DNA from: the human T2T-CHM13v2.0 reference genome, Homo sapiens | Strand: one strand, 5' to 3' | Length of the DNA: 64,000 bases | Assembly: GCF_009914755.1 (NCBI RefSeq) | Contig: NC_060936.1 | In this document: positions 1-21,707 of the stretch, piece after piece | Layout: each line of letters opens with the position of its first letter | How positions within the stretch are numbered: the stretch's first letter is position 1 | The notes under the pieces: generated by a model | Told to the model about the DNA's origin: nothing | Seen by the model: the letters and a program-made list of their open reading frames with translations, nothing else | Databases searched by the model: none | Made by a program: the position numbers and the translations under genes

Positions 1-2563
<2,563 letters not shown>

Positions 2564-2661
2564 TAATGCTTTAAGTTATATTCCTTCTGTATGCTTCAAT
2601 CTTGTTTAATTTTTTGGTAGTTTAGTTCCACCTTAAACCATGCTTACTGTGAAATATTTCA

Positions 2662-3324
<663 letters not shown>

Positions 3325-3349
3325 TCACCTTAATTATGCCAATTGGAGT

Positions 3350-4030
3350 CGTATTTTTTTTTAATTGTGGACATTTTCAACAATAAAAATGGAAAGAATA
3401 ATATAATTAACTCCCCTGTAGACTCATCTAGCTTCAGTGATTATTAACATTTTTTCCATTCTTAGTTTCCTCTGTTCTTCCCACTCACTACTTTTCATGA
3501 GTATTGTCAACATTATCCATCCTTTTCTAAAAGTTCTCCATCAGCCTTTCATTCAGTGATTTTAGCAGCCATTGATTGTTGACTAGATCCATTCTTACAT
3601 TAAGGCATACAAAATAGGGATTTTTTTCTAATTTTATTATTATTCTGTATTTATTAGGTAGAATTTTTCTATAAAGAAGACTTTTTCCTTCATTGACTTT
3701 TTTATTACTTTGAAATATGGTTTGTACAGGAAGGGCAGAATTATTTCTCTTTGTTCGTATTTAGAATAATGAAATGACTTAGTGCCCCACTAACCTCCAA
3801 AAATGACTAATGTGTTTTGTTTGTTTTAGAGTGTGATTATAAATTAATGGATATTTATGTATTTAATATGTTTCAGGCACCGTAGACATTATTCTTATTG
3901 ATGTTCATATTGTGTCATCTTAGTTCAGTGGGAACCCATTTAATTTGGCTCCTTTGTCCTTTTGATGTGACCCCAGTAGTCTTTGATAGCTTTCCTGTTT
4001 TATAGCACAAGAAAACCGAGGCTCATCTAT
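3350..4030 (-). mobile_element. Old L1M (MC/ME-type) 3' end fragment
   Basis: Degenerate similarity to recalled L1M 3'UTR, antisense. Confidence 0.5.
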
Positions 4031-4049
4031 TTGTTTCCTTTCAATAGCA

Positions 4050-4210
4050 GGCCACCATGTCCTGCTATTTTTATGTTTATTTTTATAGAGACAGGTTCTC
4101 CCTATGTTGCCCAGGCTGGTGGTGTTGAACTCCTGGACTCAAGTGATCTTCCTGCCTCAAGTGATTTTACTGCCTCAGATTACATGCGTGAGCCACTGCT
4201 CCTGGCCAGC
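4050..4210 (-). mobile_element. Alu left-monomer fragment
   Basis: tagagacagg...gcccaggctgg...gtgagccactg. Confidence 0.85.
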
Positions 4211-4289
4211 CCTACAACTTCTTTTTCAAAGTCGTTTTTACTATTCCAGGACTTTTGCATTTTCATATGGATTTTAGAACTAGTTTGCT

Positions 4290-4580
4290 GGGCTGGGAGT
4301 GGTGGCCCACACCTGTAATCCCACCACTTTGGGAGGCCATAGTGGGAAGATTGCTTGAGCCCATGTCACCTGGGCAACATGGCGAAACCCTGTCTCTACC
4401 AAAAATACAAAAATTAGCCGGGCTTCATGGTGCACACCTGCAGTCGCGGCTACTTGGGAGGCTGAGGTGGGAGGGATCCCTTGAGTTTAGGAGGCAGAGG
4501 TTGCAGTGAGCTGAGATCGAGTCACTGCACTCCAGTCTGGGGAACAGAGCAAGACCTTGTCTCCAAAAAAAAAAAAAAAA
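4290..4580 (+). mobile_element. AluJ
   Basis: Alu body; TSD agaactagtttgctg on both sides. Confidence 0.93.
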
Positions 4581-5011
4581 CAGAACTAGTTTGCTGGATT
4601 CTGCAAAAAAAGTCTGCTGGGATTTTGATTGAGATTGCATTAAATCTATTGAATCAGTTTGGGGAGAATTGGCATGCTGACAACATTGAATCTTCTAACC
4701 TATGAACAGATAGATATATAACTCCTTTTATTTAGGTCTTTAATATCTCTCCATGATGTGTAGTTTTCAGTGTTCAGATCTTTCACATCTTTTTTTTTTC
4801 AGATTTATCTTTACAAATTTTATATTTAATGCTTTGTATTTATAGTTTTAATTAGTGATTGCTTGTTGCTAGTATATAGAAATATAATAGATTTTTCTGT
4901 ATTGACCTTGTATCCTGCAACGTTGCTAAACTCATTTATTATTATTTTTTAGATTTTATCAGATAGTTTTTTCACAGATGATCATGTCATCTATGAATAA
5001 AGACAATTTTA

Positions 5012-5316
<305 letters not shown>

Positions 5317-5399
5317 TTATTTCTTTTTCTTTTTTCTTTTTAATCTGGATTCCTTTTAATTTTTAATTTAAAATTTTTTTAATTTAAAGTATTTTTTTA

Positions 5400-5520
5400 T
5401 TTATAGAGATGGAGTCTTGCTATGTTCCCCAGGCTAGTCTCAAACTCCTGGCCTCAAGTGACCCTCCTGTCTTGGCCTTCCAAAGTGCTGGGATTATAGG
5501 TGTGAGCCACTGTGCCCAGT
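5400..5520 (-). mobile_element. FLAM/Alu left monomer
   Basis: Antisense left arm only. Confidence 0.85.
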
Positions 5521-5625
5521 CTTCTTTTATTTCTTTTTCTTGCCTGATTGCACTGGCTGGGACCTCCAATACAATGTTGAAGAGAAGCAGTGAAAGTAAA
5601 TATCTTTGTGTTGTTCCTATCTTAG

Positions 5626-5950
<325 letters not shown>

Positions 5951-5964
5951 AGATTGTTATATTA

Positions 5965-6600
5965 CTTCTTTTTGGTAGTAAGAACACTTAACATGAAATC
6001 TACCCTCCTGACAAATCTTTTGTTGTACAATACTGTAATATTAACTATAGGGACAGTGTTTTACAGCAGACCTGTAGAACTTAATTAGCTTGTGTAACTG
6101 AAACTTTATACCCACTGAATAGCAACTCTTTGTTTCCCCCTCTTCCCAGCCCCTGGCAACCACCATGCTACTTGATGCATCTGTGTGTTTGAGTATTTTA
6201 TATACCTCATATAAGTGGTATCATGCATTATTTGTCCTGTGACTGGCTTTCACTTAGCATAGTGTTTCAAGGTTCATCCATGTTGTCACATGTGGCAGGA
6301 TTTCCTTTTTTAAAACTTAATATTCCATTGTATGTGTATACTATATTTTCTCACTAATTCATCCGTTGATGTACATTTAGGTTGTTTCCACATCTTGGCC
6401 ATTGTGAATAATGCTACAATGAACGTAGGAATGAAAATACCCCTCAAGATCCTGATTTCAGTTCTTTTGGATAAATATCCAGAAGTGAGATTAGTGGATC
6501 ATGTCATATGTTTTCCATAGCAGCTGCACTGTTTTACATTCCCACCAACAGTGTACAAGGGTTTTAGCATCTCCTTGTCTTCATCGTGTTCTTATTCTTG
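5965..6600 (-). mobile_element. L1MA/MB 3' end
   Basis: gtaagaacacttaacatgaaatctaccctc...tacattcccaccaacagtgtacaaggg. Confidence 0.8.
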
Positions 6601-7079
6601 GGGTGCTGTCTTTGATTGCTGATTTCCTCGTGGGAGGTTTGTTTCTCTGTCTGTGTATGTGTGTGTATTTTCTTTAACCCTGAACTTGAGTCCTATGTAC
6701 CTCAGATTGTGGAAGCTTCCCTACTGCATAGTTTCTCCTTTGCTTCTACTATGGTACTATTTCATTCTTTAGTTCTGAATCTTATTTATGATAAAGTGTC
6801 AGCTTGGGGTCCCTCTACCACATGTGTAGTATGAATTTAGATCTCACATCTGTGAATGGTGCAGGACTAGGATCCAGTTTCTTCCAGGTAACTTTTTCCA
6901 TTCCTAGTCCCAAATGCAAGGCTTTCTCTTCTCCTAGCTAGAGAGCTGTTTCTACTTCGCATTTCATGGATGGAGCAGTCCTTTTTGTTTCTTAATTTAT
7001 GCTCAGTTCCATCTTGTTTTGGGCTGAGTACATGGCCTGTGGCCTAAACTCTTTTGTAACTCCTAGCGATTCAGGTATT

Positions 7080-7767
7080 CATGTGTATCATTTGTCTTCA
7101 GCTCTGGACTTCAGCTCTGTAATAGCCTTTTAAATGAGCTCCTCTGATTCCACTCTTGTACCCCTAATAATCCATTCCCAACACAGTGATCATTAATATA
7201 TTTACATTTTAGTGCCTGTGTTTTTAGCTTCATCTGGCACCATTCCTACCCATGCTACCTGGCCATTTATTTCCCTAATGCCTTGTGTTCCCACTCGCTA
7301 CAGGGCCTTTGTACTTGCTATTCCCTCTGTCTGGAAGGTTCTTCACTGCCACCACCTCTTCTCTTATCATTACCTTCTCATCTTTGGGCTCTGACCTCAG
7401 TTATCACTTCCTGAGAGAAGTCTTTGCTGACTCCTCAGTTTGTTTCAGGTTTCCTTCTCCCTGTGGATATCATAGCATCCTAAGCTTTATTTTCATGGCA
7501 TGTATCATAGTTTTTTATTAGAATGTAAACTGTCTGAGGGTAGGGACTTTGTCTTGCTCATCACTGTATTTCCTGTCCTGAGAAGAGTGCTTATACAAGT
7601 AGATATTAAAAAGATGTTTGCTGAGTGGGTGCATGTATTTGAGCGGTTTCCTCCATTAGACTGTAAGCTAGGAAAGTGCAGGACAATTTTGTTTTGCTCA
7701 CTAGTATATTCCCCAGTGCCTAGTATAGAATCTGGCATATTATAAGTGCTCAATAAATATTTACTGG
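7080..7767 (-). mobile_element. L2 fragments
   Basis: cagggcctttgtacttgctattccctctgtctggaa; gtgctcaataaatattt. Confidence 0.65.
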
Positions 7768-8051
7768 CTGGCTGAGTGCTGTGGCTCACTCCTGTAATCC
7801 CACAGCTTTGGCAGGCTAAGATGGGAGGATCGCTTAAGGCCAGGAGTTTGAGACCAACCTGGGTAACATAACAAGACCCTATCTCTACAAAAAATAAAAA
7901 AAAGCTAGCTGGATATGGTAGTGCATGCCTGTAGTGTTAACTACGTGGAAGGCTGAGGTGGGAAGATCACTTGAGCCCAGGAGTTTGAGGCTGCAGTGAG
8001 CTATGATGGTGTCATTGCATTCCAGCCTGGGTGACAGAGTGAGACTCTTAG

Positions 8052-8088
<37 letters not shown>

Positions 8089-8363
8089 CATTGGCCGAGC
8101 ATGGTGGCCCACATCTGTAATCCCAGCACTGTGGGAGGCCGAGGTGGGCAGATCATTTGAGCTCAGGAATTTGAGACCAGCCTGGGCATCATGGCAAAAC
8201 CCCATCTCTACAAAAAAATACAAAAATGAGTGGTGTGAGCCTGTGGTCTCAGCTACTCAGGAGGCTGAGGTGTGAGGATTGCTTGGGCCCAGGAGGTGCA
8301 GATTGCAGTGAGATCAAGCCACTGCACTCCAGCCTGGGAGACAGAGGGAGACCCTGTCTCAAA

Positions 8364-8401
<38 letters not shown>

Positions 8402-8402
8402 T
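7768..8402 (+). mobile_element. Two tandem AluJ (7768-8083, 8093-8402)
   Basis: Two Alu dimers with long A tails. Confidence 0.93.
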
Positions 8403-8419
8403 TTGATGGCTGACTGAAT

Positions 8420-9100
8420 GAATGAATGAATAAGTAGTTTTAAATGAGGATGGGGGCCAGACTAGGGCCAGTTCATAAAAAATTTTATTTGCAATGCTAA
8501 GAAGCTTGAACTTGAACTTTATATAAGGGGGTTTTAAACAGGAGAATGACACGAACAGGCTTATGTTCAATGTAGAAGGATCCCCTCAGCAGTTATGTGG
8601 AGGCTGGTTGGAACGTTACAGAATATTGGTGTACTCCAGGGAAGATTGAAGTCCTAATAGAAGGAAGGTGGAATGGAGAAGATAAATTCAAGAGAATTTA
8701 GAAATAGGTTAGGCGGGATTGTATTGGATGAAGATGGGAGAATAAAGGGAAGAACGCATATCACTTCCTGGGTTTCTTGTTTGGGAGACCAAGTAGTGCC
8801 ACCCACATAGGCACTATGGGAAGAAGGACAGGCTTGGGAATGGATGAACTTAGTTGAGATGTGTTAAATTTTCAAACATGAGAAATCTGGAAAATTTAAT
8901 TGATGGTATATTTACTTGGATTACGGATATTCTTTTTTTCCCCTCACACACTTAATCCTTTATATGTAAATACAGAAATCCCACCAACCCCCATGTTTTC
9001 CAGAAAATGATTTGAGTTAAACAGCTCTTTTACTAGGAACATGTTCAATTTGAGTTTCCTGTGGGATATCCAGGTGGAGATGTACATTAGGTAATAGGGA
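8420..9100 (+). mobile_element. L2 fragments
   Basis: Purine-rich degenerate L2 motifs (tgagtttcctgtgggatatccaggtggagatgt). Confidence 0.5.
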
Positions 9101-9980
9101 GCTTGTTTGAAAAGGTCTATTTCTGTACTATTTCCTACAATTTCAATGAAAACAGCCTGACAATTTTGACTTTTTCTCTCTTAGGCTGTTTTAGCATGCT
9201 TTGTCTCCAGTACTTGCAAAGCTGCCCTAGATTTTTCTTCCTTTTGTTTTTGTCCTTCCTCTTTATTTTGCCTTTGCCAGACTCAAGGGCTTCTCACCTT
9301 CTGACCCCTGCATTTCCCCCATGTCCACATACGTTTTCGTGTCTTTTTTTCTAATTTTTTTCTCAAAGAGCATATAATTCTTTTTTTTTTCCTTTGGTTT
9401 TCAGGGTTCATTTTCATCAAAGTTATGTGTGAATATGGTTTATAGAATCAAATAGTTTTGTAAAGCTTGTTTTAAGAAAGCAGCACTCCTTCCTTTATTT
9501 CCCTTTTCTCAGAAGCACTTTTAGCTTTTTTAGTTAATATTTTTATCTCCATTTCTGTAATAACATACTTGTATTGCTATTTCTGATTTCATCAGTTGTA
9601 AGATACACCATTACTTGATGTACTACTAGAAAAGAGAAATAAGCCCAAGATGGATAGTCTATTAGGGGCCACGCATAAAGCTGGGAAACTACATGAGAAT
9701 GGAAATGAGAAGTAAACCCACCATAGAGAAAGGCATAGCAAGGCATCTTGTGTCTCAACTTTGATGGTGTGTAGGAGGGCTAAAAACTTTCATGGGAATT
9801 TAAACTGGTTCTAGGTCTGAATTCACACTCCCTATGTGGTACAACAAAATTTAAACAGAGATTCTAATTAAAAGTTGTTTCGGATTGGTAGTGCCCCAGG
9901 TGCTTGAAAGAAACAAATAGCAATTATAAGATGTCATTAATTGTGCCTGGTTTTCAGAGATGTTAAAATATGAAAAAAAT

Positions 9981-11090
<1,110 letters not shown>

Positions 11091-11094
11091 TTTA

Positions 11095-11890
<796 letters not shown>

Positions 11891-11924
11891 TTTCTTTTCT
11901 TTTTTAGTTTTTGTTTTATTTTAA

Positions 11925-12366
<442 letters not shown>

Positions 12367-12429
12367 GTTAGTTTTCTAATTTCCAGTTGCCTCCCGAATG
12401 TCCTAAATGTTTTTGTTTTTCTTAACAGG

Positions 12430-13450
12430 GGTTGTATTTAATCAGGGTTGGTGTTTTGCCAGGCAGGTATGATGAAATGAGAGTGGAAGTCAAGAGACTT
12501 GAGGTGTATGCAAGGGAATGATTATAATGATGGACCTTGAACTTGAAGCTGAGGAGGAAAATGAGGATGTAAGAGGGGAATGGGATCAATGGCTTATAAA
12601 TCCTGGTGGGGTCAAAGGATTTTTAGAGTTAGGGTGCTAGATGGAGCAATCTGAAAAGATACAGAATGGTGATTGGAGAGTAGAGTGCAGCTGAAGTTGC
12701 GATTGTTGGGGGACTATAATTATTGTAACGACAAGGTCTAGGGTATTGACTGTGGGAGTGAGTGGAATGTAGGGTAAAGGACGAGATTGTCGTATGAGAG
12801 GTGGTCAAGGAACTGAGAGGTGCGAGCATCAGAACAGTCATCTATATGAACATTGAAATCGCCTGGAATGATAGCCCAGTGAACCAGGAACTAAAGTCTT
12901 CAAGGCTTAAGGCTTGAGAAGTGACCTAGGCATATCAGATGAATGTAAAGAAGAAGGGAGTAGTGGTGGTATGGTTTGACAGGAGGCTTTTTTCAGGAAG
13001 GAAGGGGGAATTATCTGGAAACAAACTAGGTACAAGATAAATAACTTTACCTCTTCTAACCTCTAGGCCCTCTGGTATAAGAGTGTGAGAGAGAAAACAC
13101 TACGGATAGGACTATAGAGAGAACAGTGGCTTCAGAGCAATTAGATTTCGTTTGGAGCAAAATAGTGAAGGGACCATTCAGACAAGAGGTTTAAGATATA
13201 GGGGATTTAGCTGATGTGTTCCAGGGGATATGATGCAAAGATTTCAGGAATTGAGGAGGAGTGGAGAAAGGGGGTGAGAGTTTGAGGATTCAGAATGACC
13301 TGAGAGTCCTGGGATTTTCGTGGTGAGTAACGTAAAGAGGGACACATCATGATGACATTAGTCCTGATGTCTCAAGGCAAATTGTAGTGTAAGCACATGA
13401 AGGACAGAGGTAGTGAAGAAGCTGCAGAGTGGACGTTCCCTTTACTTCTG
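12430..13450 (+). mobile_element. L2 body fragment
   Basis: GA-rich degenerate sequence typical of L2 ORF2 remnants. Confidence 0.45.
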
Positions 13451-13548
13451 GCAGTGCAGGTGTAGGGAAAGGCGGAGGAGCTGGAGCTCTGTTACTTCTT
13501 ATTTACTCCTGGGGCCAAAGTGGTCAAAAGTAAAAAGCTGTTATTTCA

Positions 13549-13893
<345 letters not shown>

Positions 13894-14499
13894 TTATTGA
13901 TTTTCTATTCCCTGTTTCCTGCCCCTAGTACCCTATTCTTAAATATCCTGGAAACTGGGTGCTGGGGAAATGACAGCAAGATTATAGTAAGGAATTTGGG
14001 CCCTCAGCTCAAGGGTTGGAAAGGGAAGGGACAGAAGAAGTTTCAAAGAGAATTAGCTTTAGATTCCTTAAATCTGGCCAAAGAAAAAGAGTAGAAGAGG
14101 GAAGTTTGACCTGTGTTCTGGGAAGGGAGAGTAAAGTACTATTTGGAAGTAGGGAACCTGCCTAAGGATTTGTGTCCTGACAGGTTCCAGAAACAGCTGT
14201 TGCTGGATGTGAGACTTGACTTTTGCTAGATTCATTCGTTCCAGTGGATATTTACTAGCACCTGCTGTGTGCCAGGCACTGGGCTAGATGCTAGAGATAT
14301 CATGTTGAGCAAGAGACAAGTTCCTGCTTGCATGGATTTACAATCTTGCAGGGAAGACAATTAAACCAGAAATTACAATTTAACGTGGTGAATGCTATGA
14401 TAGAAATTGTCAGGGTCCTTTGGAAGCCTCTAGTGAAAGGATCAGATTAGTCTTAGGTGGGGTAGGGAGGGAAAGAGTACAGGTTCTAGAGTTACAGAC

Positions 14500-14802
14500 T
14501 TTTTTTTTTTTTCATTTTTTTTTTTTTTTAGAGATAAGATCTTGCTCTGTTGCCTAGACTGGGGTGTGGTTGTGTGATCTTAGCTCACTGCAGCCTTGAA
14601 CTCCTGGGCCGAAGCGATCCTTCCGCCTCAGTCTCCCAAGTAGCTGGGACCACAGGTGCATGCCACTATGCCCAGCTAATTTTTTGTAAAGACTGGGTCT
14701 TGCTATGTTGCCAAAGCTGATCTCCAGCTCCTGGCCTCAGGTGATCCTCCTTCCTTGGCCTCCCAAAGTGCTGGGATTATAGGCGTGAGCCACTGTGCCC
14801 TG
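14500..14802 (-). mobile_element. AluJ
   Basis: T-run and antisense dimer. Confidence 0.92.
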
Positions 14803-15003
14803 CTTAGAGTAGTCATATTTAAATAGAGACTTGAAAGATGAGCAGAAATTAGCCAAAGAGAATAGGGGAGAATAGTTATGTGTCGAGCAGCCACAGGTAT
14901 GCTGTCTTTGCCCCTCCAACTGCCAAACCTTGTTTTACCCAGGGGAACAGAGAACAGAGTCATCTGTTCTGATCACTGTCTTCATCCCCAACATTCCTAT
15001 GTA

Positions 15004-15346
15004 CCAGGGGTTGGTAAACTACTGTTCACGGACAGGTCAGATCTGGCCTGCTGCCTGCTGTTGTATGGCCTGCAAGCTAAGAATGGTTCTTATACTTTTA
15101 AGTGGTTGAAAGAATAAAAAGGAGAATATTTTGTGACACATGAAAATTATATTAAATTCAAATATCAGTGTCCCTGAAAAAAACTTGTGTTGGAACACAA
15201 CCATGCTCATTTTTTTTTTTTTTGTATTGTCTATGGCTGCTTTCACACTGCAGCAGCAGATTTGAGTGGTTGCAATACAGACTGTATGGCTTGCAAAGCC
15301 TAAAATATTTGGTATCTTGCTCTTTACAGAAAAAGTGTGGCACCTG
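15004..15346 (+). mobile_element. MER58B (hAT-Charlie DNA transposon)
   Basis: caggggttggtaaact...agctaagaatggtt...gcaaagcctaaaatattt...tttacagaaaaagt. Confidence 0.8.
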
Positions 15347-15642
15347 GTTTAACCCATCATTATTATTTCATTGTACCATGTGTGTATGAGGATTATAATT
15401 AGCTACCATTCATTTTCTATGTGCAGTCTACCCTGCTAGATGCTTTACATATTTATATATAATCTTTTTAATAATTTCCAGAGATGTTGGTAACATGCCT
15501 AAAATTACACACTTAAATTTTGACACAGTGTCAAAATTTAAACCCAGATGTCTGAATTCAACATCTGTATTCATTTTACTGATCACATTGTGTTATAATT
15601 AATTGTTCATATGTCCATCTCTCAAAAAGAGACTTGAGCTTG

Positions 15643-15946
15643 GGCTGGGCACCGTGGCTCACGCCTGAATTTGCAGCACTTTGGGAGGCTCAGTTGGGTG
15701 GATCACCTGAGGTCAGGAGTTTAAAACACAGCCTGGCCAATGTGGCAAAACCCCGTCTTTACTAAAAATACAAAAATTAGCTGGGCGTGGTGACCCATGC
15801 CTGTAATCCCAGCTACTTGGGAGGCTGAGGCAGGAGAATCACTTGAACCCGGGAGGTAGAGGTTGCAGTTAGCCGAGGTTGCAGTGAGCCGAGATCACAC
15901 CACTTAACTCCAGCCTGGGCGACAGAGCGAGACTGTCTCAAAAAAA
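15643..15946 (+). mobile_element. AluS with internal 16-bp duplication
   Basis: gaggttgcagttagcc-gaggttgcagtgagcc; TSD gacttgagctt. Confidence 0.94.
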
Positions 15947-16245
15947 GGAGGGACTTGAGCTTGAATGATAACTTACTTTTTCGTAAATGTCTACCATTTT
16001 TAGTACAGGGCGAGTCCAAATAAATGTTTATTAGACGACTTTCATGTATATAATTTCATCTGCCTTCTAACAAACCTGTGAGGATAACACATATATAAAT
16101 TTTTCAGTTAATTGACATTTACTCTTTTGCATACAGTTTCTTCCATTTTAAATAACAATACTTTAAAACATGACATTTGAAAATTACATTAAATGTAACT
16201 AAAGATATTTGGAAAAATTTTGTTCTGTCAGAACAATGCCTTTGG

Positions 16246-16420
16246 TTTGGGAGGCCGAGGCGGGTGGATCACTTGAGGTCAGGAGTTCAAGACCAGCCTG
16301 GCCAACATGGTGAAACCCTGTCTATACTAAAAATACAAAAATTAGCTAGTCATGGTGGTGCATGCTGGTAATCCCAGCTACTTGGGAGGCTGAGGCAGGA
16401 GGATAGCTTGAATTCGGGAG
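16246..16420 (+). mobile_element. Alu truncated at both ends
   Basis: Starts tttgggaggccgagg and ends ttgaattcgggagg. Confidence 0.9.
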
Positions 16421-16509
16421 GATACTGACATATATGTACAGTTGTTTGTATAATACCTATAGTAAATAATAAATAATCTTGGAATGCTAGATCTTTCTAG
16501 TTTTTGTAA

Positions 16510-16816
<307 letters not shown>

Positions 16817-17149
16817 AGTTTTTGTCAGCTTTTTATGCTTTCTTTTCTGTTTACTCCTTTGTCAGCGGTCAGTGATAGCTGCTTTTTTCCCCCTATTTTA
16901 AATTTGCTACTTCTATCTTTTGGTGGATTCAGGAACTAGAACTATAACCCTATTAAAATTGTGTATAAAATAAGAGTTCCAAGATCAAGGCAGATTTGGT
17001 TAAAAAAAAAAAGTAAGAATTCGTCTTGATACTATCACCTGTGAATGAAGTGAAAGTGAGGCGTTCTTATTCTTAAGGATTTTATAACACAGTTGGAGAG
17101 AGCAAACATATACTGGGAACAATCATAATGTAAAATAATATTAACACCA

Positions 17150-17935
17150 AACTTGTGTATCCCACTGGCCACTTAACATCTCTATGTGCATGTGTAATAG
17201 TGGATATAATAGGCATCTCACACTTCATATGTGTCTCCACGCCTCTTTCATGGTCATCCCCATTTCAGTAAATAGACTATCCTTCCATTTACTTGGGACA
17301 AAAACCTTGGAATCATCCTTGATGCCTCTCTCTACATATCACATTTCATCTTGTTTTACTTTGAGAATACATACTGAATCTGACCACCCTCTCTACTGCT
17401 ACCACTCAGATTCAAACTGCTGTCCTCTCTTTCCTGGATTGTTGCATTAGTCTTCTGATTGAGTTCTCTCTTTCTGTCCTTGTCTTTGTGTAGTCTTTTC
17501 TCAGCAGACCTCCAGAATGATCCTCTTAAAATTAAGTCAAATGAGGTTGTCACTCCTTTGCTCAAGATCTTCCAGTGGTTTTCCATTTTAGAGTAAAAGC
17601 CAAAGTTGTGACAGTGGACTAAAAGGTTGTACAAAGTCTGGCTTCAGTTTACTCCTCTGGCCTGATTTCCTATGACTCTCCACTGCTCACGTTCCTTTAG
17701 CCACAGCGGCATCCTTGCTGTTTTTCTAAGATGCCAGGTTGTTTCTTCTTCAGAACATTTGTGCTTGCTGTTACCTCTCCTAGAATGCTTTTCCTATGCA
17801 GGTAGCATGGCTTTTCCTCTTCCTTATTTCAGGGGTCAGGCTGAAATGTCACCATATTGGTGAGGCCCTGGCTCTCTATCGCCTTTACCCTGCTTCATTT
17901 TCTCTGTAGCACTTATCTGGATCTGATAGGCTCTG
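17150..17935 (-). mobile_element. L2a-type fragment
   Basis: aaaaccttggaatcatccttgatgcctctctc; gtcactcctttgctcaagatcttccagtgg. Confidence 0.75.
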
Positions 17936-18002
17936 TGTGTATTTTATTTATTCAAATTTTAATTTAAAAAATGTTTTATTGCTATCTCCCCATAGGCTAA
18001 GA

Positions 18003-18206
18003 CAGGGGTTGCCAAGCCAAAAATGACCTACTGCCTCTTTTTGTAAATAAAGTTTAATTAGGACACAGCCATGCTCATTCATTAACATATTGTCAGTGCA
18101 GCTTTTGCACCGCCAACAGCAGAGCTGAGTATTGTGACAGACCGTATGTCCAGCAAAGCCTAAAATGTTTGTTGTGTGGCCCTTGACAGAGTTTGTGGAC
18201 TCCTTG
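18003..18206 (+). mobile_element. MER58A
   Basis: caggggttgccaa...ttttgtaaataaagttt...gcaaagcctaaaatgttt. Confidence 0.8.
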
Positions 18207-18458
18207 GCTAGCACAGTGTTTGACACAAAGCAGACGACTGATTGAATGAAAACAATGTCAGTGTTAAATGGTAGGTTACAGACTGTAAAATGCTATATGA
18301 GTTAATATCTAAAAAGTTATTAGTTATTAGACTTTAAAATCAAGGATAATTTGGGAATATGTCAGCCATAATACTTTGTTCAAGCTGAGGTTCTTGAATG
18401 TATTAGCCATTACTACCTGATAGCAGAGATACGCCCGCTTTTCGAAGGCCACACCTAA

Positions 18459-19137
<679 letters not shown>

Positions 19138-19465
19138 TAATAATGCTACAGAAAGTGTCCTAAATAATGAATAAATGGTAGTTGTTGGTTGCATCCTGTG
19201 AAAATCATGAACCTAAATGAATGCATACAGCTTTCAGTCAATTATGCTAAAGGTTGGACAGATGGAATAATAATAGTACATTTGACATTTGAATACATTT
19301 TTGGATTACAAATGAATTAACCTGATATTCCAGGTACTTCTAATGGTGTTTCAGGCAGCATCATAGAATCAAACTGCAAAAAACCAGCTGTGAAGAATCT
19401 GGGAAATGGTGCTGCTTCTGGCATCCTGTCTATCCAAATCTTATCTTTTTAAAAGCTGCATTTAG

Positions 19466-20129
<664 letters not shown>

Positions 20130-20253
20130 TGTATCTTAATTTTAAAAGACCTTTACTGATAGCTGAGTTGAGTGTAGAGAAGGAATCTTAAATCTTCTTG
20201 TTGGAGTATATACTGTGTGTGTAGAAAACAAATATCATTTAAGCAAATGGTGA

Positions 20254-20640
<387 letters not shown>

Positions 20641-21440
20641 TGAAAAAAAGTTGAATATACCCTAGCCACTTTGTTAGGCACTGGGATGCAGAATGAGTAA
20701 GACAGAGAGGATCCTTGCCCACATCATACTTACTATCTAATTTTTCTCCCCAACTTCTACCTGACCTCATTTTGTGTTGTATAATGGAAACTAAAGCTTG
20801 AGAAATCAAGAAACTTGTCCAAAGTTACATAGCTAGTTACTGATAGACTGTAACTAGAGTGCAAGTTTCTTACATAAGAGATAAAAGCAGACCATCTATT
20901 CATTTATGCAAAGTTTTGAGTGCTCACTGATACGTTTATTCCTCTGTTAGATGCTGGGGAATATAGTGGTAAGCAAAACACCCATATCTCTTTGATGTAG
21001 AGCTTAAAAGGAATTTTTTTTTTTTTTGGAAACCAGCATTTTCTCCACTATATTATATTTAGTTTATAATCTTTTCTCTCATGGGAGGGTTAGGTGCTAT
21101 CAAATATCTATTCTTTAATGTGACTGAGTTCAGTGAGTTTTAGTGTGTTCCTGACACTTTTATAGAAGAAGTTTTGAATGAGGAAGGAGGAATTAGGTAG
21201 TTGTGGGTTCTCTGTGGGAGGTGACATTTACTTATTTCAAAATTTGTATAGGGCCTAAACTTTTGCCCTGTGGGCAAGCGAAAACCTTTTCTCTCCCCTT
21301 GGATGGGATGACTGCTATCAGGAGCCAGAGCCCATACTGATATTTAAAATCAGCCACATTATGGGTTAAATAGATGTTTGCATGTTGACCTTCTCTTTCC
21401 TTTTAGTTTCCCATCTAATGTAGTAATAGAAAAGTTTATT

Positions 21441-21707
21441 GTTGTTAGCATACTCAGTCCTCTTGCCATGTAATGCCCTTGGTCATCTCAGGACACATCA
21501 AAGAGAACACACCAGCAAGAAGGCTCCCACCGGATGTGCCCCCTCAACTTGGACTTCCAAGCCTCCATAACTCAAATACTAGCTTATCTTGATGAATATG
21601 CATGTTTTACTGAGACTATGTGAAGAGACTTGATTGAAATGTGAAATGAAGCATTATGTGCCATAATCTACCATGAGTAAATAAATATTTTTGGTCCCCC
21701 CCAAAAA
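21441..21707 (+). pseudogene. Orphan retroposed transcript fragment (MST/MaLR-LTR segment joined to a unique 3' segment and poly(A))
   Basis: 13-bp TSD agaaaagtttatt (21428-21440, 21708-21720); AATAAA 21680-21685; A-run 21703-21707; 21441-21572 resembles an MST LTR. Confidence 0.75.
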